Assembly (NCBI GenBank): GCA_024137785.1
Contig: JAHRHZ010000080.1
Span: 20,765,233 to 20,829,232 of the forward strand
Source of the DNA: Ginglymostoma cirratum
Taxonomy: Eukaryota
Direction: 5' to 3'
DNA length: 64,000 nucleotides
Part shown: positions 13,584 through 27,700 of the stretch, one piece after another
How positions within the stretch are numbered: the first letter of the stretch is position 1
Layout: each line of letters starts with the position of its first letter
Program-made: the position numbers and the translations under genes
The notes under the pieces: generated by a model
What the model was told of the DNA's origin: nothing
Databases searched by the model: none
What the model saw: only the letters and a program-made list of their open reading frames with translations

Positions 13584-13859
13584 AAATCTAGTAAAACTAC
13601 CTCTTCATATACATGACGGGCCTTTTTCTGTGCTTTAATCTTCTGACATAAGTAATTTTAAGCTTTCCTGAAATTTAATTGGATGATTCCCTTGTCTGGT
13701 GATACAATGTCAATAACATGATTTACATTGAGCCTCTTCCTGCACTGCTGTGCTGTGCTGGATGTACTAAAGGAATTTTAAACCCTTGAATTATGTGTTA
13801 TTGTTTGGATGCTGAATTCAGACTGTAAACAAGTTGACAGTCAGTGAAATCCCATCCAT

Positions 13860-14168
13860 ACTGAACCTGTATAGATTAAAGTCCATTACACAATCCAACC
13901 TACCATCCATTGACTCCATCTATATTTCTCTCTGCCATAGGAAGGCAGACAACATAATTAAAGACCCCTCCCACTCCCGTTATAATCTCTTCCAACCTCT
14001 TCCATCAGGCAGAAGGTACAAAAGCTTAAACGCACATACCAACAGACTCAAGAACAGCTTCTTCCTCCCAGTTATCAGACTTCTGATATGATCTGCCTGT
14101 ACAACAAGCAAAACTCACCCTGTACCTAGGTACATGTGACAACAGAAAAGCAAATCAAATCAAATTCA
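13860..14168 (+). mobile_element. Rex1/Babar-like LINE 3' end
   Basis: LPSIDSIY..KADNIIKDPSH..LFQPLPSGRRYKSL..TNRLKNSFF; (CAAAT)n tail. Confidence 0.75.
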
Positions 14169-15482
14169 AATAAAGGGCAAACATTTAGGAGTTGCCACCT
14201 GGTTGGATAGCTAATGATTTCTACACATCGTTAAGAAGGAGTTGTATTAATTCCACTCTGGAATACACACTATATTATCCAGAAATGTCTTTGTTGAGAC
14301 CAGGTCCATGCCATTTCATGGACCCATTTGGATTCGGATTGGGTGGGGAATGGACAAGAGGTCAAGCAAGGGAAAAACAATTTAGCCCTGTTGGTTCATC
14401 CACTAGGCTTGTTGATGAACAAGCTGCTCTTGTCTATCTGTTTCACATGCATCTCATCCTAAATATAAAAGACACTGGCCTGCAACTGACATAATCAACA
14501 TATCGCAGGCCAAACTTTGAGTAGTTCTAGTTACTTAAACACAAGGCATCAATACTGATGTGTTACATTAAAAAACAAAGATTGACGATGTGAAAAACAA
14601 TGAATGTGCAAAGTGTAGAGTGTCGATGAAGCTCATTTTGATAATTAAACAGATTAATCATTTCACCACATACAGGCAACTAGTTTATGGGAAGCTACTA
14701 AGTCTGCATTCACATTAAAAGATTAGTATTCATGTGGAGCAGCATCTGTTATGAAATTCAGATATTGACTCCCAGATGGACTCCAAAGATGAATCATAGT
14801 CTGAGTTCTTTCCACTAAGACTCTTGCTGAACTCCTCAGTGGCAATGCACATTAGATATTCACATTGTGATTTGAAGTTCAAAGCCAGTATAATGAAATG
14901 TTACAAGCTAAGCCAAATTGACAATGTGTAAAATATTGAGTGGATGCAATAAAAATGCAATGACCTAAACGAGAAATCTCTGAAATATTCTGCTCAAAAT
15001 ATCCCAGCTTCCCCAACCAGACTAGAAGCAGGTCAAGGTCATGGTCTACAACAGCCTACGTAGTCAATTAGTTTGCTGACTGTCACTGACCCCATCTACG
15101 AAATCGATGGGTGGTCACTGGGGCTACGAATCAAGAGGGTTCAACTATGCACAGGATGAGTAAAAGCTAACATCTGCTGCAGAGGTGAGCACAAGGGAAA
15201 TATAAATATTCTGAACCATAACAGCTCTTTTCCCGGAAGGATTTTGACACTGAATTAAATTTCTTCAATACCTCATTATATATTACAGGTGCCACATCCC
15301 ATTGGTACCCCTCACAATAAACCAGTGTAAATGAAAGAGCCAACAGACTGCCATATATAAAAACATTGTGCAGAATTGTTTAACACCCAAATATTAGCAA
15401 TTAGCAGTGTTTCACACAGTGAGAGTGTTCCTTGTCTGCAAGCTTGTTCATGTGTCTCTGGAATGTCCTGCATTTGCTTTCA

Positions 15483-15752
15483 CTAAGGGCTGGTCTCCTC
15501 AGTGGGTTTTATTAGTCCGTACTCCACTGCTTGCGAAAGACAATCCTGGGCAGCAGCTGACAACTTGCGTTTCTTTTCATCTCCATCCCTGCTCAAAACA
15601 GACAAGATTTCGAACATCTCCGTCTCCATGAGCAGAGCTGCAAGCTCCCGCTCTGCATTCATTAAGTTGAGAGTGATGACGAGCCCTCGGTGTTGCAGGT
15701 CGACATTCGAGCTCAGCACAAGTGCTTGAAGGATCTCCAACCAGTGGCTTGT
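15483..15752 (-). CDS. UNC45A: UNC45A exon 20 (last)
   Basis: caacag acceptor; [23 protein letters not shown]...[15 protein letters not shown]. Confidence 0.93.
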   Translation of the reverse strand, partial: TSHWLEILQALVLSSNVDLQHRGLVITLNLMNAERELAALLMETEMFEILSVLSRDGDEKKRKLSAAAQDCLSQAVEYGLIKPTEETSP

Positions 15753-18700
15753 CTGTTGCAGGGGAAGGAGGGTAGAGAGAGGAAAGCACAAGGATGTAAC
15801 TTTCAGCTGCAGTGCAAATTTGTGTCAAAAGGAACAGATGGGGCAGAGTACAGTATCATGGCACTTAAGTTTCCATCAATCATCCCTCATGAGTTTCACA
15901 GACACTAGCTGCTCTCATTACTCTTCTCTGGATCAGTGTCTAGACATCAAGCAAGTTATTTGACCGTGGGACATGTTTAACACAGGTGTCACCACTCAAG
16001 TCAGTAGGTTCTAGGTTCAAATACCACTCCCACATTTAGAAGAGGTGTCCTTCAGATGAGGCATTAACCTGCAGTTCTATCTTCTGAAAATGTCCCACTA
16101 TACAATTTTGTATCCTGGCCAATATTTATCCCTCAACATCACCAAAACAGATTATCTGGTCATTACCTCATTGGTTTCAGTGCGAGCTTGCTGTGTGAAA
16201 ATGCAAGGTTTCTTCACTGGACTACTACAACGTTTAAGCATTAGTCATTTGATAATGACCAAGGGCAATGATTTATCCTCTCCCTTGTTCTGTCTAGCCA
16301 AGGATAGAGATCAGTCAAAGCACCACAGTCAGGTGAGGTCAAATGACTTTCCACAAGCAAGAATGAAACCTGGAGACTACTGGCTCTTTATATAAGGGGC
16401 TGCACATTCACCACCATCATTGGTGACCATAGGTTTCTGTAATTGTGGTTTCCTAAACTCCATGTTTAAACCTACAAAGGCTGTTAACAGAACACTACAT
16501 TCTGTCTGGAAAGCCAGTGCTATCTGTACTGGCTTGGATTTCCATGGAAGTGAAATATTCTCAGCACAACCAAAAATTGAAATTTAAAAACCCATTTCTT
16601 GTCATGAAAAGCCAAATATTGTTGAATTCTCACTTCCTGAACTAGTGTCAGTTGCCACTCACTATCAATTTGTGACAGTATTGGAAGAACCCAGATTTGA
16701 TCACCAAATTCTCTTTTATTTGACTTTGCAAATGTTTATCCTGAACCTTTCTGATCAATACTTGTGCCCTCACTTGCTTTCAGAAGAAAAGCCTGCATTA
16801 CTGAACATCAAAGGTCAATCTCCAACCTTTGCTGTTAACAAATGGGGGAGGCAATGACCTAATGGTATTATTGCCAGATTGTTAACTCAGAAACCCAGAA
16901 AACGTTCTGAGGACCCTGGTTCGAATATGGCCATAGTAAGATGGTGGAATTTGAATTCAATAAGTATCTAGAATTAAGGATCTAACGGTGACTGTGAACA
17001 TATTGTCGATGTTGGAAAAGCCCATCTGGTTCACTAATGTCCTTTAGGGAAGGAAACTGTCATCCTTATCCGGTCTGATCTACCTGTGGCTCCAGACCAG
17101 TAATGTGGTTGACTCTTAACTGTCCTCTGGGCAATTAGGGATGGGCAATAAATGCTGCCTAGCCAGCGAAATCCTTATCCTGTGAATGAATAAAGGAACA
17201 GCACTGGAGGGTGGTAACAATAGGAAGTACAATTAGCCCTTATATTAGTTCCCAATTGGGAACTGAATTAGCAACGACAGCTAGGAGCCCCATTTTTGAC
17301 CACTAATCAGAACTCCCTGCTGAAATGTGAGGTCAGGTGACAATAAGTTTAGGTTCTTTCCTGACACTCTCCTTTGTCAAATGTTTTGCTGACAGATACG
17401 GTCTACGCTCACAGGTGAAGAATGCCATTTGGGCAGAATAACGTAGATGTGTGTAGGTGTGGGAAAAGAGAAAGAGAGAGTGAGCACAGAAATATCTGCA
17501 TCTCAGCACCATTGGGAATAGAGGGTAGCAGATTTCTAGCAGTATGGAAGGTGCAAGGAGGTAAGGAATGAGTAAGATGGAACGAGGGCGATTGTCAAGA
17601 ACAGTACATTGAAGACCCAGAGTGCAGCAGGGTGTGTAGTTACTCACCACCTGTGTCATTTTGGTGCAGAGTTTTGGCTGCAGTGATGTTAAGAAGGCTA
17701 CAGCTCCTGCAGCTGCACACCTCAACTTCTCATCATCTTCACCACTGTACAACACCAGCAGTTTCAGACGATCTGTCCCTTCGGCCAAGAACAGATTCTG
17801 CACCTGAAACAAAATCCAAACAAAAAGAAAAGATGAAGGCTCTGAAAATTATTTTTCCTTCCCAACAAACCAATAATCCAAAGGAAGAGTCTGTTTTTGG
17901 CTAGTCACTTTTTCAAGGTATTTTCTCATTGGAAAACATTTGTCTGCAACAGAGGTCTTTGTATACCACCATGTGACCATTACAGGCAGAAGACACCGAG
18001 TGTCAGCAAAGTACTCAATGCTCGGAAATTTGACCCATTGCCCAAACACAGAGGTTTCCTACATTAGTACCGGATAATCATCATGACCAGACATCTGGGC
18101 TGGTTTTTCTCCTACAGCTGCTGCCCCACTTGAGTTAGCAAAAAAACTGGGGATTGTATCTTGTTCTTTCTTGATGTGGTATAAAGCATACCATATTTGG
18201 AAGTGCATCTACCCACGACAGAAACTCTAACAGCCAAAGATCACAATGCAGTGATGTTTAAAGAAAGCAGCACTAACGCACCTCCTCACTCAGGACCATG
18301 TTGCACATACACTCAGTAGCTGCCAGTCGGATCATCTCATGGTCTTCAAACATGTAGCTCTCAATCATTGGAATGGCTTTTTCCTTAATAATCTTCTGCC
18401 TAAAAGAAGTCAAGAGGTCAAGCAGTCAATTAGTGCCAGCCTTGACCCAGCAAATAGCACAGTCACCAGAGTTAGCAAGTTGTTGAGGCAAAACCCACTC
18501 TAGTATTTTGGCTGCAAGTCTTGGCATCCACTGCAGCACGTTTCTGAGGGACTGCTATCTGTTTAGGCTTTAGGGAACTCCTCCGAATGCGAAGTTTAAT
18601 TTGCTTAACGTACTAAATTTAATTTTACTTAGGACTTGCACACACTCAGCCATCTGAAGTTCCTCAGCACTGGCAGCTCTGCTTACTTAAGACTGACAAA

Positions 18701-21700
18701 CGTGAAATTTTAGTGTGTTTCATGACGTAAGGACATTCCTACAAGGACATTACAGCTGATCAAATGCTTCTGACATGTGGTCACTTTACCACAGGAAAGT
18801 TTTGGTGCTAGGAAAGGATACAAAGGAAAGCAAACAATTCAAAGGAAATACAGTTGTTTCCTTTCTACGCTTTTAAACAAATTGATCGGGCGAACTAGCT
18901 CTCAAGGGGCACTCTAACAAAAATCACAAACAGTTAATAGGAACTTATTTAAGATGAATGAAAATTCACTAGATTAAAAGATTAAAATAACATTGTCAGG
19001 ACTGATAATGCACCCAGCCCCTGCGGTACGCACTAATCTCTAAAGGCCTCTATCGTGCCAGTGAACACCGCATGCTCCCGCTCAACAGACACCTGAGCGC
19101 AAATGTAAGTGAGACAAAGTAGCCATTACAAGGCCCAGGCAGAAGTTACGGAGGGGTACAAGGAACCCCTCTGTAACTTCTGCCTGGGCCTTGTAATGGC
19201 TACTTTGTCCCAACCAAAGAGCAGAACCATGAGAAGGCCCTGTGACCTGTCCATCCCTCTCTACACAGGGTGCCCATAAATCAAGTGAGTGGGGCTGAAG
19301 TCCAACTAAAAATTTAGAAATTCAATTAACTAAACAGGAGCTGCAAATGAAAATATTCAGCATTAATGTGTAAAACTGCTTCCTCTGCCACAAAAACGAC
19401 GTGACCTGGCACCCAATGTATTGATGCACCTTTTGTTGCATGGGACTGCTGCAGGTAGCACTTTCCACTTCAGACTGCTGGACCTCTTTGCGGACGGCCC
19501 TCCACTGGGCATTTCCGCCACTGGAGAGTAAAACATTATGCCTGTATCTGAGCAGTGGACAAAGGGGAGCAAGTGGAGAGTATGCAGCAGCTGTCCATAC
19601 AGGAAATGCCTCCATACTGTTCTGAAGGGCATGGGGGGAATTTCTCTAACATGGCTCAAATTGTGGGGTGCCACACTCCAGAGGAAGGTCCAGTTTACGA
19701 GGCCAATGTCAAGTTTCAGACAGACAGGTGTTAGTTCACTCGGCAAGCTTGGGCACTTCGATTTTCCATGCGGTGTCAGGGCTGAGTACGTCAAACACAA
19801 TGTTCTGGACATCTTAGGCTGCGTGCTTGATGTTGACTAACATCCTCTCAGCCAACAATGCAGGTGAGATCCAGCCCTTTCTATGAGGAGACATCAAGGT
19901 AATCTAATTAAAGATCGAGATACTTGACAAACTGGGAAATGATTTACCATGGGTGAAGAAACCTTTTCATCCGGTCGGGAAGACAGCAAGAGAGTTACTA
20001 ATAAAGTTGCTGATTTATTCATTTGCGTTTATCCAACTGAGCCACTGGAGAAGCTCCTCCCCCAACACAGTCTCACCTTTCACTCAATCACTTACCGCAG
20101 TCTCTCACTAATACCAGCCAAATTGGTTAATGCCATCAGTGACTCAAAGTTCTGCAACCCGGTACGGTCAAGATGTAAAAGGCTGACCAACGGTCGGATT
20201 ACCTCATAAACCTGAGGGAATAAACAGCAAAAGCAGAATGTTTAATCAGTCACCACTTATAATGCATCAACAATGAGCCACACCTCTGACCTCAGCAGCA
20301 TGTCCCTGAACACGCCACTGTGGTATTTGAGATCAACCATCCTTGGACCTTTGAATGACATAGTGATTTAGAGACAGATCTGAGCTGTGGGCCCATGTTC
20401 ACTAGTAACTATATTAAGACTATCCAAACCCATTTACAATGAATCTTCGCAGTGTGCAGACAGAGGCGTCCATCCCCTTAATCAGAACTGAATTTGATCC
20501 CAGTTCCCAGAGAGAAAGGCCAGCTCTTGTCCATTATACCATCATTTTTAAAATGAATCAACGATATTTGAAATTTCTTGCTGAATATTTAGATGCAGAA
20601 AATACAACTATTTTAAAAATTGTGAAATTAATGCAATACTACAAAAAAAAATCCTAAGGCACTGCACATAAATCCCCAGACTCACCCTCTCTCCAGGGAA
20701 GGCAATCTCAGGATTTGAGGTGATTGTTATCTTTGCCAAAGCCTGGGCTGCCTTGGTCTTGCCAACTTCTGTGCCTTCTGATGCCAGAGGAATCAGAGCC
20801 TACAGGACAGGTAGTAGTAATAAGTTACATTGTTAAACGTGCTTATTCGAAGTCCAAGGATTCAAATCCGAAGCCAATCATGGCAACGGTTGCCAAATAT
20901 AGAAGTTACACTTCCCTCACAAGACATTCTATTCCAGAAACCAGTTGGTGAAAGATAGAACTGAAGCCAATCTTTACACATTTTCTTCTATCTGTTTACA
21001 GAGTAGAACATTACATGGATACAGCTACTAACTCGACAACCATTGTCTTAGTCTGTGTCTATTTAGAAGACCTCAAATGAATCCCAGGTTAGTGCCCATG
21101 ACCTGCATAAAATTGAACATAAAGATACAATTAACAATAAGACACAATTCTCATTTCTACATTGAGGAGCTATTTCCCTTTGGGAGTTCCAAATAAAGAA
21201 CCATAGTTATAAGATGGTCATCAATAAATCCATTGGCGAACTCAGGAGAAACCTCTCTACCCAGAGAGGGGTCAGGAAGAAGCAACTGTTATCATAGCAA
21301 ATAGTTGAGGTGAATAGTATAGCTGTTATTAATTAACTAAGTGCTGTTTAAAAATGGAGGAGAAAGGAAAAGGAGAAAGGAGTAAAATGAAGTAAATAGG
21401 GAGGAGGCTATTGCAGAGTATAAACATTAGCCTGGACTAGCTGGGCTGAAGTGCCTGTTTCTGTGCTTTATATTCTATAGAAGTGTGTGATGTGTGTGTT
21501 TGTTGAGAGTCAGTGGATCAAGTTGACTATGATGGCCTTCACTTCATGGTACACTGCCAAACAGAACGGTACTGAAGTGAAAAGGGCACGATATTGGCAC
21601 CCACAACATCATACTCTAGTGTCAGACAGTAATTTCAGAAGAAGAAATACTGTTCTCTGACAACCTTATTACCTTTCGTTGTTATCTGTAGTTCGTATCC

Positions 21701-24700
21701 TACAACTGTTATATGCAGTTCATTTATAAAAAGACAAGAATCATTGATATGGAGAAATCCCAAAGATTAAATCCCAAAGAGTTAACATGCTCATACTCAC
21801 CTTCCCTCCACCCTGAGCTACCACAATTCCACGATCCTCTGGAGTCTCTACCAGAGCTAGGAACACACTGAAATACAGAAAGGTTTGAAGTTCTTGTTCT
21901 TACACGGTTTCCACTCTGTGTTACAGGGCCGCTAAGTAAAGCAGTAACAAGACTTTGGGAGAGGTGATGGTTATAGAGAACTACTGATCCAGACAAGAGA
22001 GAATCCAACCATTGCCCCTTGATTTTCACGGCATTGCCATCATTCAATCTCCACTATTAACATCCTGGGGTTACCACTGACCAGAAACTGAACTGGACTA
22101 GCTATGTAAATACTATGGCTACAAGGGCAGATCAGAGGCTAGGAACCCTGCAACAAGAACTCGCTGCATGACTCCCCAAAATCTGTCCACTATCTACTCA
22201 ACACTCAACAGCTTGACACCATCCAAGACAGAGCAGCCAATTTGATTGGCACCACATTCACAAACATCCACTCCCTCCACTACTGACATTTGGTAGCAGC
22301 AGCGTGTACCACCTAGGATATGTACTGCAGAAATCCACCAAGGATCCTTAGACTACACCCTCGAAACCCATAATCATTACCAAAAAGAAGGACAAGGGCA
22401 GCATATACACGGGAACACCACCAACTCCAAATAATTCACCATCCTGACTTGGATATACATCATTGTATTTGGTGTCATTGGGTGATAGTCCTGGAATTCC
22501 CTCCCAAATGACATTGTGGGTTTACCTACACCAAATGGACAGCAAAGGCTCAAAAACACAGCTCACCACCAACTTCTGAAGGGGAACTAGAAACAGGCAA
22601 TAAATTCTGGCCCAGCCAGTGATACCTGCAGTCCACAAATCAGGAAAAAAACAACTTTTACTTGGCTACAGTGACTTAAAGGGTCCAAACCTCTGAAGCT
22701 TTAGACACCAGCCCACCTTTCAACAATTGCTTGGAGTTAGTGAAGTTGAGACAGACCGAACAGCAGTAACAACTGCTCCTATAGTAGTACTCTCAGCAAC
22801 GGTTTCACTAACCACAAAAACGGGGCATCTCTTCAATTCTACACCAAGTAATAAATACATTTACAGACTGAGTCATAGGCAGGATCAGTGGCAATAAAAT
22901 TAAAATTCCTGTATATTTTTAAAACACACAGATTAGGTTAAATCCTCCAATCAAGTCAATTACCTCTCGAAACAATCTACTAAGAAACCTCAATAATTAG
23001 TGTCTGTTTGCTAGTCACTGAATGCATCATCTGCCCCCAACATAAACATATCTTAGGAAAAGCTAATGCTTACAGACAAGTGGTTGCACCACTGCTAGAC
23101 TTTGGTTAACATACGTTTGTTCCACCAGGGTCACCCTTCCAAGAGCCACTAACTTACAAAGTTAGTGTCAATTCTGAGCAATAAACCACGCTGATGTGTA
23201 AAGCCAATAAACAATGGCACAGTTTTATGAGAATCTTCCTATCCAATAACAGTTCAATTAACGCCACACACATACCGTGCAATCATCTCTTTGCAGGAAT
23301 CTGTCAGGGCTGGACTCTCCTTCTTTGTCATACACACTAGTGCCGACACCACTCCTGCCTTCAGCAGTTTTCCAATCCGTTTCTGCACATACTTGGGTTT
23401 ATCCTGCAGTTCAGAAAATGTCAGTTTAGCACCAAATCATTTTTCAGTTTTCTTAGCAAACCATATTTTTAAAATACACAATGGTTAGATCAATTCACTG
23501 TCAGAGGCATAAGCTGTGGTCTGCACAAAAAGAATTGAGGAATGGGCTGGAAAAAATGCCTTCAGCTTGAGGCACGGGTACAATGTGAAACTCTCTGCTG
23601 GAAATCACTGACATGGACTGAAGTCAAGAAGCACTTCATCACAATGACTGCCACTTGGAATTTTCTCCTTGGTATGAAGAGACATGGAATAAAAGTGGTA
23701 GACAGAATTTAGAAGCAAGTTGTAAAACCAGGCTAAGAGACTAAATGGCATCCACTTGGTAGTACAATTTTAATTTTATGAAAGGATTTATACAATTGTT
23801 TGAAAAATTGTACAGCAAGTCAGATTACAAAAGCTGGAATTTTAAAGAATTTTGGGACTAGGGCTAAACTGAATGATATGGACAGAAAAACCAGCAATGC
23901 TGATTTGATGGACAAAAAGGGTTTGCTTCTGCATGAGATCAGTCTGGTTTGGCTTCACAGCCCTTCCGGCGCTTCAGCACCAAAGAATTGTTCTTCACAG
24001 CTGGACTGACAGTAAGAGTCAACAAGCTACTTGAAGGTATTAAAGCAAGGTCACTGATAAATGCAATGAGATTATGGGGCAGCGCGGTGGCACAGTGGTT
24101 AGCACTGCTGCCTCACAGCACCAGGCACCTGGGTTCGATTCCAGCCTCGGGCGACTGTCTGTGAGGAGTTTGTACATTCTCCCCGTATCTGCGTGGGTTT
24201 CCTCCGGGTGCTCCGGTTTCCTCCCACAGTCCATAGATGTGCAGGTTAGGTGGATTGGCCATGCTAAATTGCCCATAGTGTTCAGGGAGGTGTAGATTAG
24301 GTGGGTTATAGGGGAATGGGTCTGGGTGGAATGCTCTGAGGTTTGGTGTGGACTTGTTGGGCTGAAGGGCCTGTTTCCACACTGTAGGGATTCTATGATA
24401 GTTTTCCCCCCACCATCCTGACAGACACAATCCTCACAAGAGCCAATGGATTAAGAACTAAAGTATTGGTGATTATTTTCTCACCTTGCTCCAGCCAACA
24501 ATGAGGTTCATAAAAATTTCCCTGCAAACTCAGCGGACAGTAGGGGAATAAATTGTAGGTTTGTTTGGCTTACAGGCAAAGCAAGAGTTGCATGTGCAAT
24601 TTTCTGTAAACATAACTATCACCTGTACTGTACCTTGGGATGCTCCTCTGGCACATGCTGTTTGGCGTATTTGGCCAGTTCCAGAAGCTGTGGATCAGGA

Positions 24701-27700
24701 GTCTCCCTATCGTAGCTGTTCGTGCAGTTTACAAGGGTGGAAGCAACTGCAAAGAGAGCAGTTTTATCTTCGGTCTGGGAAGGAGCAAAAGCAAGAGATT
24801 GTTGTACACAGAACAGCGAGAATGGAAGATCAGTAGACACTGATCATCTCATTACAAATGATTTTATCACAAACAACTCAGATCGAACATTAGCAGAGAT
24901 GTGTATCAACCAAGTATCCACTCCCAACTGAGAGTCCAGTATCTGAACCAGAGGTTTTCATTTGAGTTGAGACATCCTGTTTGATTGTGGAGATTATCAG
25001 AGCTGATCTCAATCCTGTCCCAATTTCATATACATACATACAATCACACAGACACTAAAGGCAATCAGAGGGGACCCACCATAATTCTTAGGGCTAAAAG
25101 GATCAAATGGTATGGGGTGAAAGTGGGAACAGAGTACGCCAGGATAATCAACCAAAATCATATTGACTAGTGGAGCAGGTTCGAAGGCTGAATGGCCTAC
25201 TGTTTTCCTGTTTTCTATGTTTCTACGAAATGCTGGTCACCATTCTTACGCCCAATCCCAAGGGATTAAGAGACTAATAGCAATCTTTATTAATGCTCTG
25301 ATTAATAATTCAGCACAGAATAGGAATCAACAGGACAATGCAGTCACTGGCAGACTTGAAATCTATCTCGGTATAACTGCACAGAAAGGCAAGCATGTGA
25401 AGGCCCCTTGAAAGATGAAGGGGTCTGATACAACAAGTCAAAGGACAACATCAAGTGACTGGCCAGCGAACAGGCAAGATCAGCAAACATGCAAGATTCG
25501 TGCTCTTCCCCTCTATTGCTCACTTTTTTCGCTGTTTACCTTTGCCAGTTCAAACATAGCCTGCATTGCGGATTGGTCATCCACAAACTCCTCCTTCACA
25601 TCAGCATCGAAGGTCAGATAGGCCAGTCCCTCCACTGCCCAGCGACGAGTGCTGCACTGATTTGAGTTGTTACATAACCACCTAGCAAGAAAGTGGAACA
25701 GCAATGCGATCAGAAACAGCCTCCGTACACTGTCTATCACTTTACACCATCTCCCCAATTAATTCAGTCCACTGAGCCCACTGACTGTCACTGTACTAGC
25801 AAGTAATACAGGAACACTTTCAGTCCATGTCACTATCTTTTCTTGGACTGTTTTTATATTCTTCCTGTTTGGGAACCAGTACATTTTATTTTATTCATTC
25901 ATGGGATGAAGGCTTCAGTGAATGAGCGAACATTTATTGCCTATCCCTAATTGCCCAGAGTGCAGTTTTAGGAGTCAACCACATTGCCATGGGTCTGGAG
26001 TCACACGTAGGCCAAACCAGGTAAGGATGGTAGTTTAACAACAGAAAGAACTGCGGATGCTGTAGATCAGGAACAAAAACAAAGTTGCTGGAAAAGCTCA
26101 GCAGGTCTGGCAGCATCGATAAAGGGAAAAAAATAGAGTTAACGTTTCAGGTCCAGTGACGCTTCCTTAGAAGGATGGTAGTTTCCTTCCCTCAACAGCA
26201 TTAGTGAACAAGATGGGTTTTTCTGACAATTGGCAATGGATTCATGGTCATCAGTAGATTCCCTATGCCAGGTTATTATTGAACTTAAATTCTACCTTCT
26301 GCTGTGGCAGGATTCGAACCCAGGTACCCAAAACATTACCTGCAGCTCTAGATTAATAGGTCAGCGGTAATACCACTAGGCCATCACCTCCCAATTTAAT
26401 AGCTGTAATATTCAAACTAAACTAGATAGATCAATGGAATAGTCTGGGGCTCTTTAATCTAGACACACAAAGGGTGAGGGGTGACCTGATACAGAACTTA
26501 AATTATTAAGCAAAAACCGAAAGAACTGCAGATGCTGTAAATCAGGAACAAAAACGGAATTTGTTGGAAAAGCTCAGCAGGTCTGGCAGCATCTGTGAAG
26601 AAAAGTCAGAACTGAGGAAGGGTCACCAGATCCAAAATGTTAACTCTGACTTTTCTTCACAGATGCTGCCAGACCTTCTGAGTTTTTCCAGCAACCTCTG
26701 TTTGTGTTCTTAAATTATTCAGCATTCCAATAGTATAGCCGTGGAAAAGGTGCCTCTACTCATTGGGAAGACATGAGCAGGGGACATAAATCCAAATGGA
26801 ATTTCAGGAAAACACCCACAGTCTGTTGAGAAATTTGAACTCGTTCCTACCAGGAGTAGCTGAGGTGAACAGTATAGATGCATTTAAGAGGAATGGTGGA
26901 CAAACATGTGGGAAAGGAATGGAAGGATGTACTGATAGGGTGAGATGAATGAGGGTTAGAGGATGCTCTGGCATGCACCAGCTGGGTCCAAGTGCAGCCA
27001 TTCTGTCCTGTAGCTGTGTGTAGGAGTGTGTAATCCTTCCGAAATCAAAATGTCAGGGCTCCTGTGGTACAGTAGTAGCATCCTTTCCATCTTTGAGCCA
27101 GGAGGACCAGGTTCAAGTCCCACCTGCTCCTGAGGTGTGTGATAACATCTCTGAACAGGCTGATCAGAAAATATCTGAAATCAAACTACTGTGAGGATGT
27201 AACCCAATGAAACAAATGCACAATTACAAAAAAGCATCAATGGATCATGGCTATTCATACACGTGGATGAGTAGTTCCACAAATCCAATTCCTGACGGTT
27301 ATGCAAGTATAATACAAAACTCCCTTCATTAGAAACCTCACTAACAAGAACGACACTGCAGATGGTATAGGAACTATAAAAACGCTAAACTGATGTAGAG
27401 ATACTTTTCTGAAGCACACTGTTCACAGAGCAGAGGGAGCATTCTAAAGTAGGAAGTTCTATTCCCAAGCATTCCCATTTCTCAATAAGCATGAATAATA
27501 TTTAATAAAAAAAATCAGACAAATTGAATAATTGTGATTCTTCTTTCAAGCATCAGGACCCAGCTCACCTGCGACATTGCTTTGCCAGTTTGCAAGTCGA
27601 ACCTTCAGCAAACTGCTTCATGCTGTAGTCCGTTCCACCAGCAGATCCTACCTTGCACAGACCCTGAAACAGGAAACAGATTAAGATATGGGATTACATG

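Noticed and set aside
19322-19840. Cluster of overlapping 60-149 aa ORFs as a nested gene
   Set aside because: Better explained as a frameshifted Tx1-like LINE remnant.
24076-24150. tRNA-like A/B boxes (also at 2330-2398, 4026-4115 and 28761-28830)
   Set aside because: These are SINE heads followed by SINE bodies, not tRNA genes.
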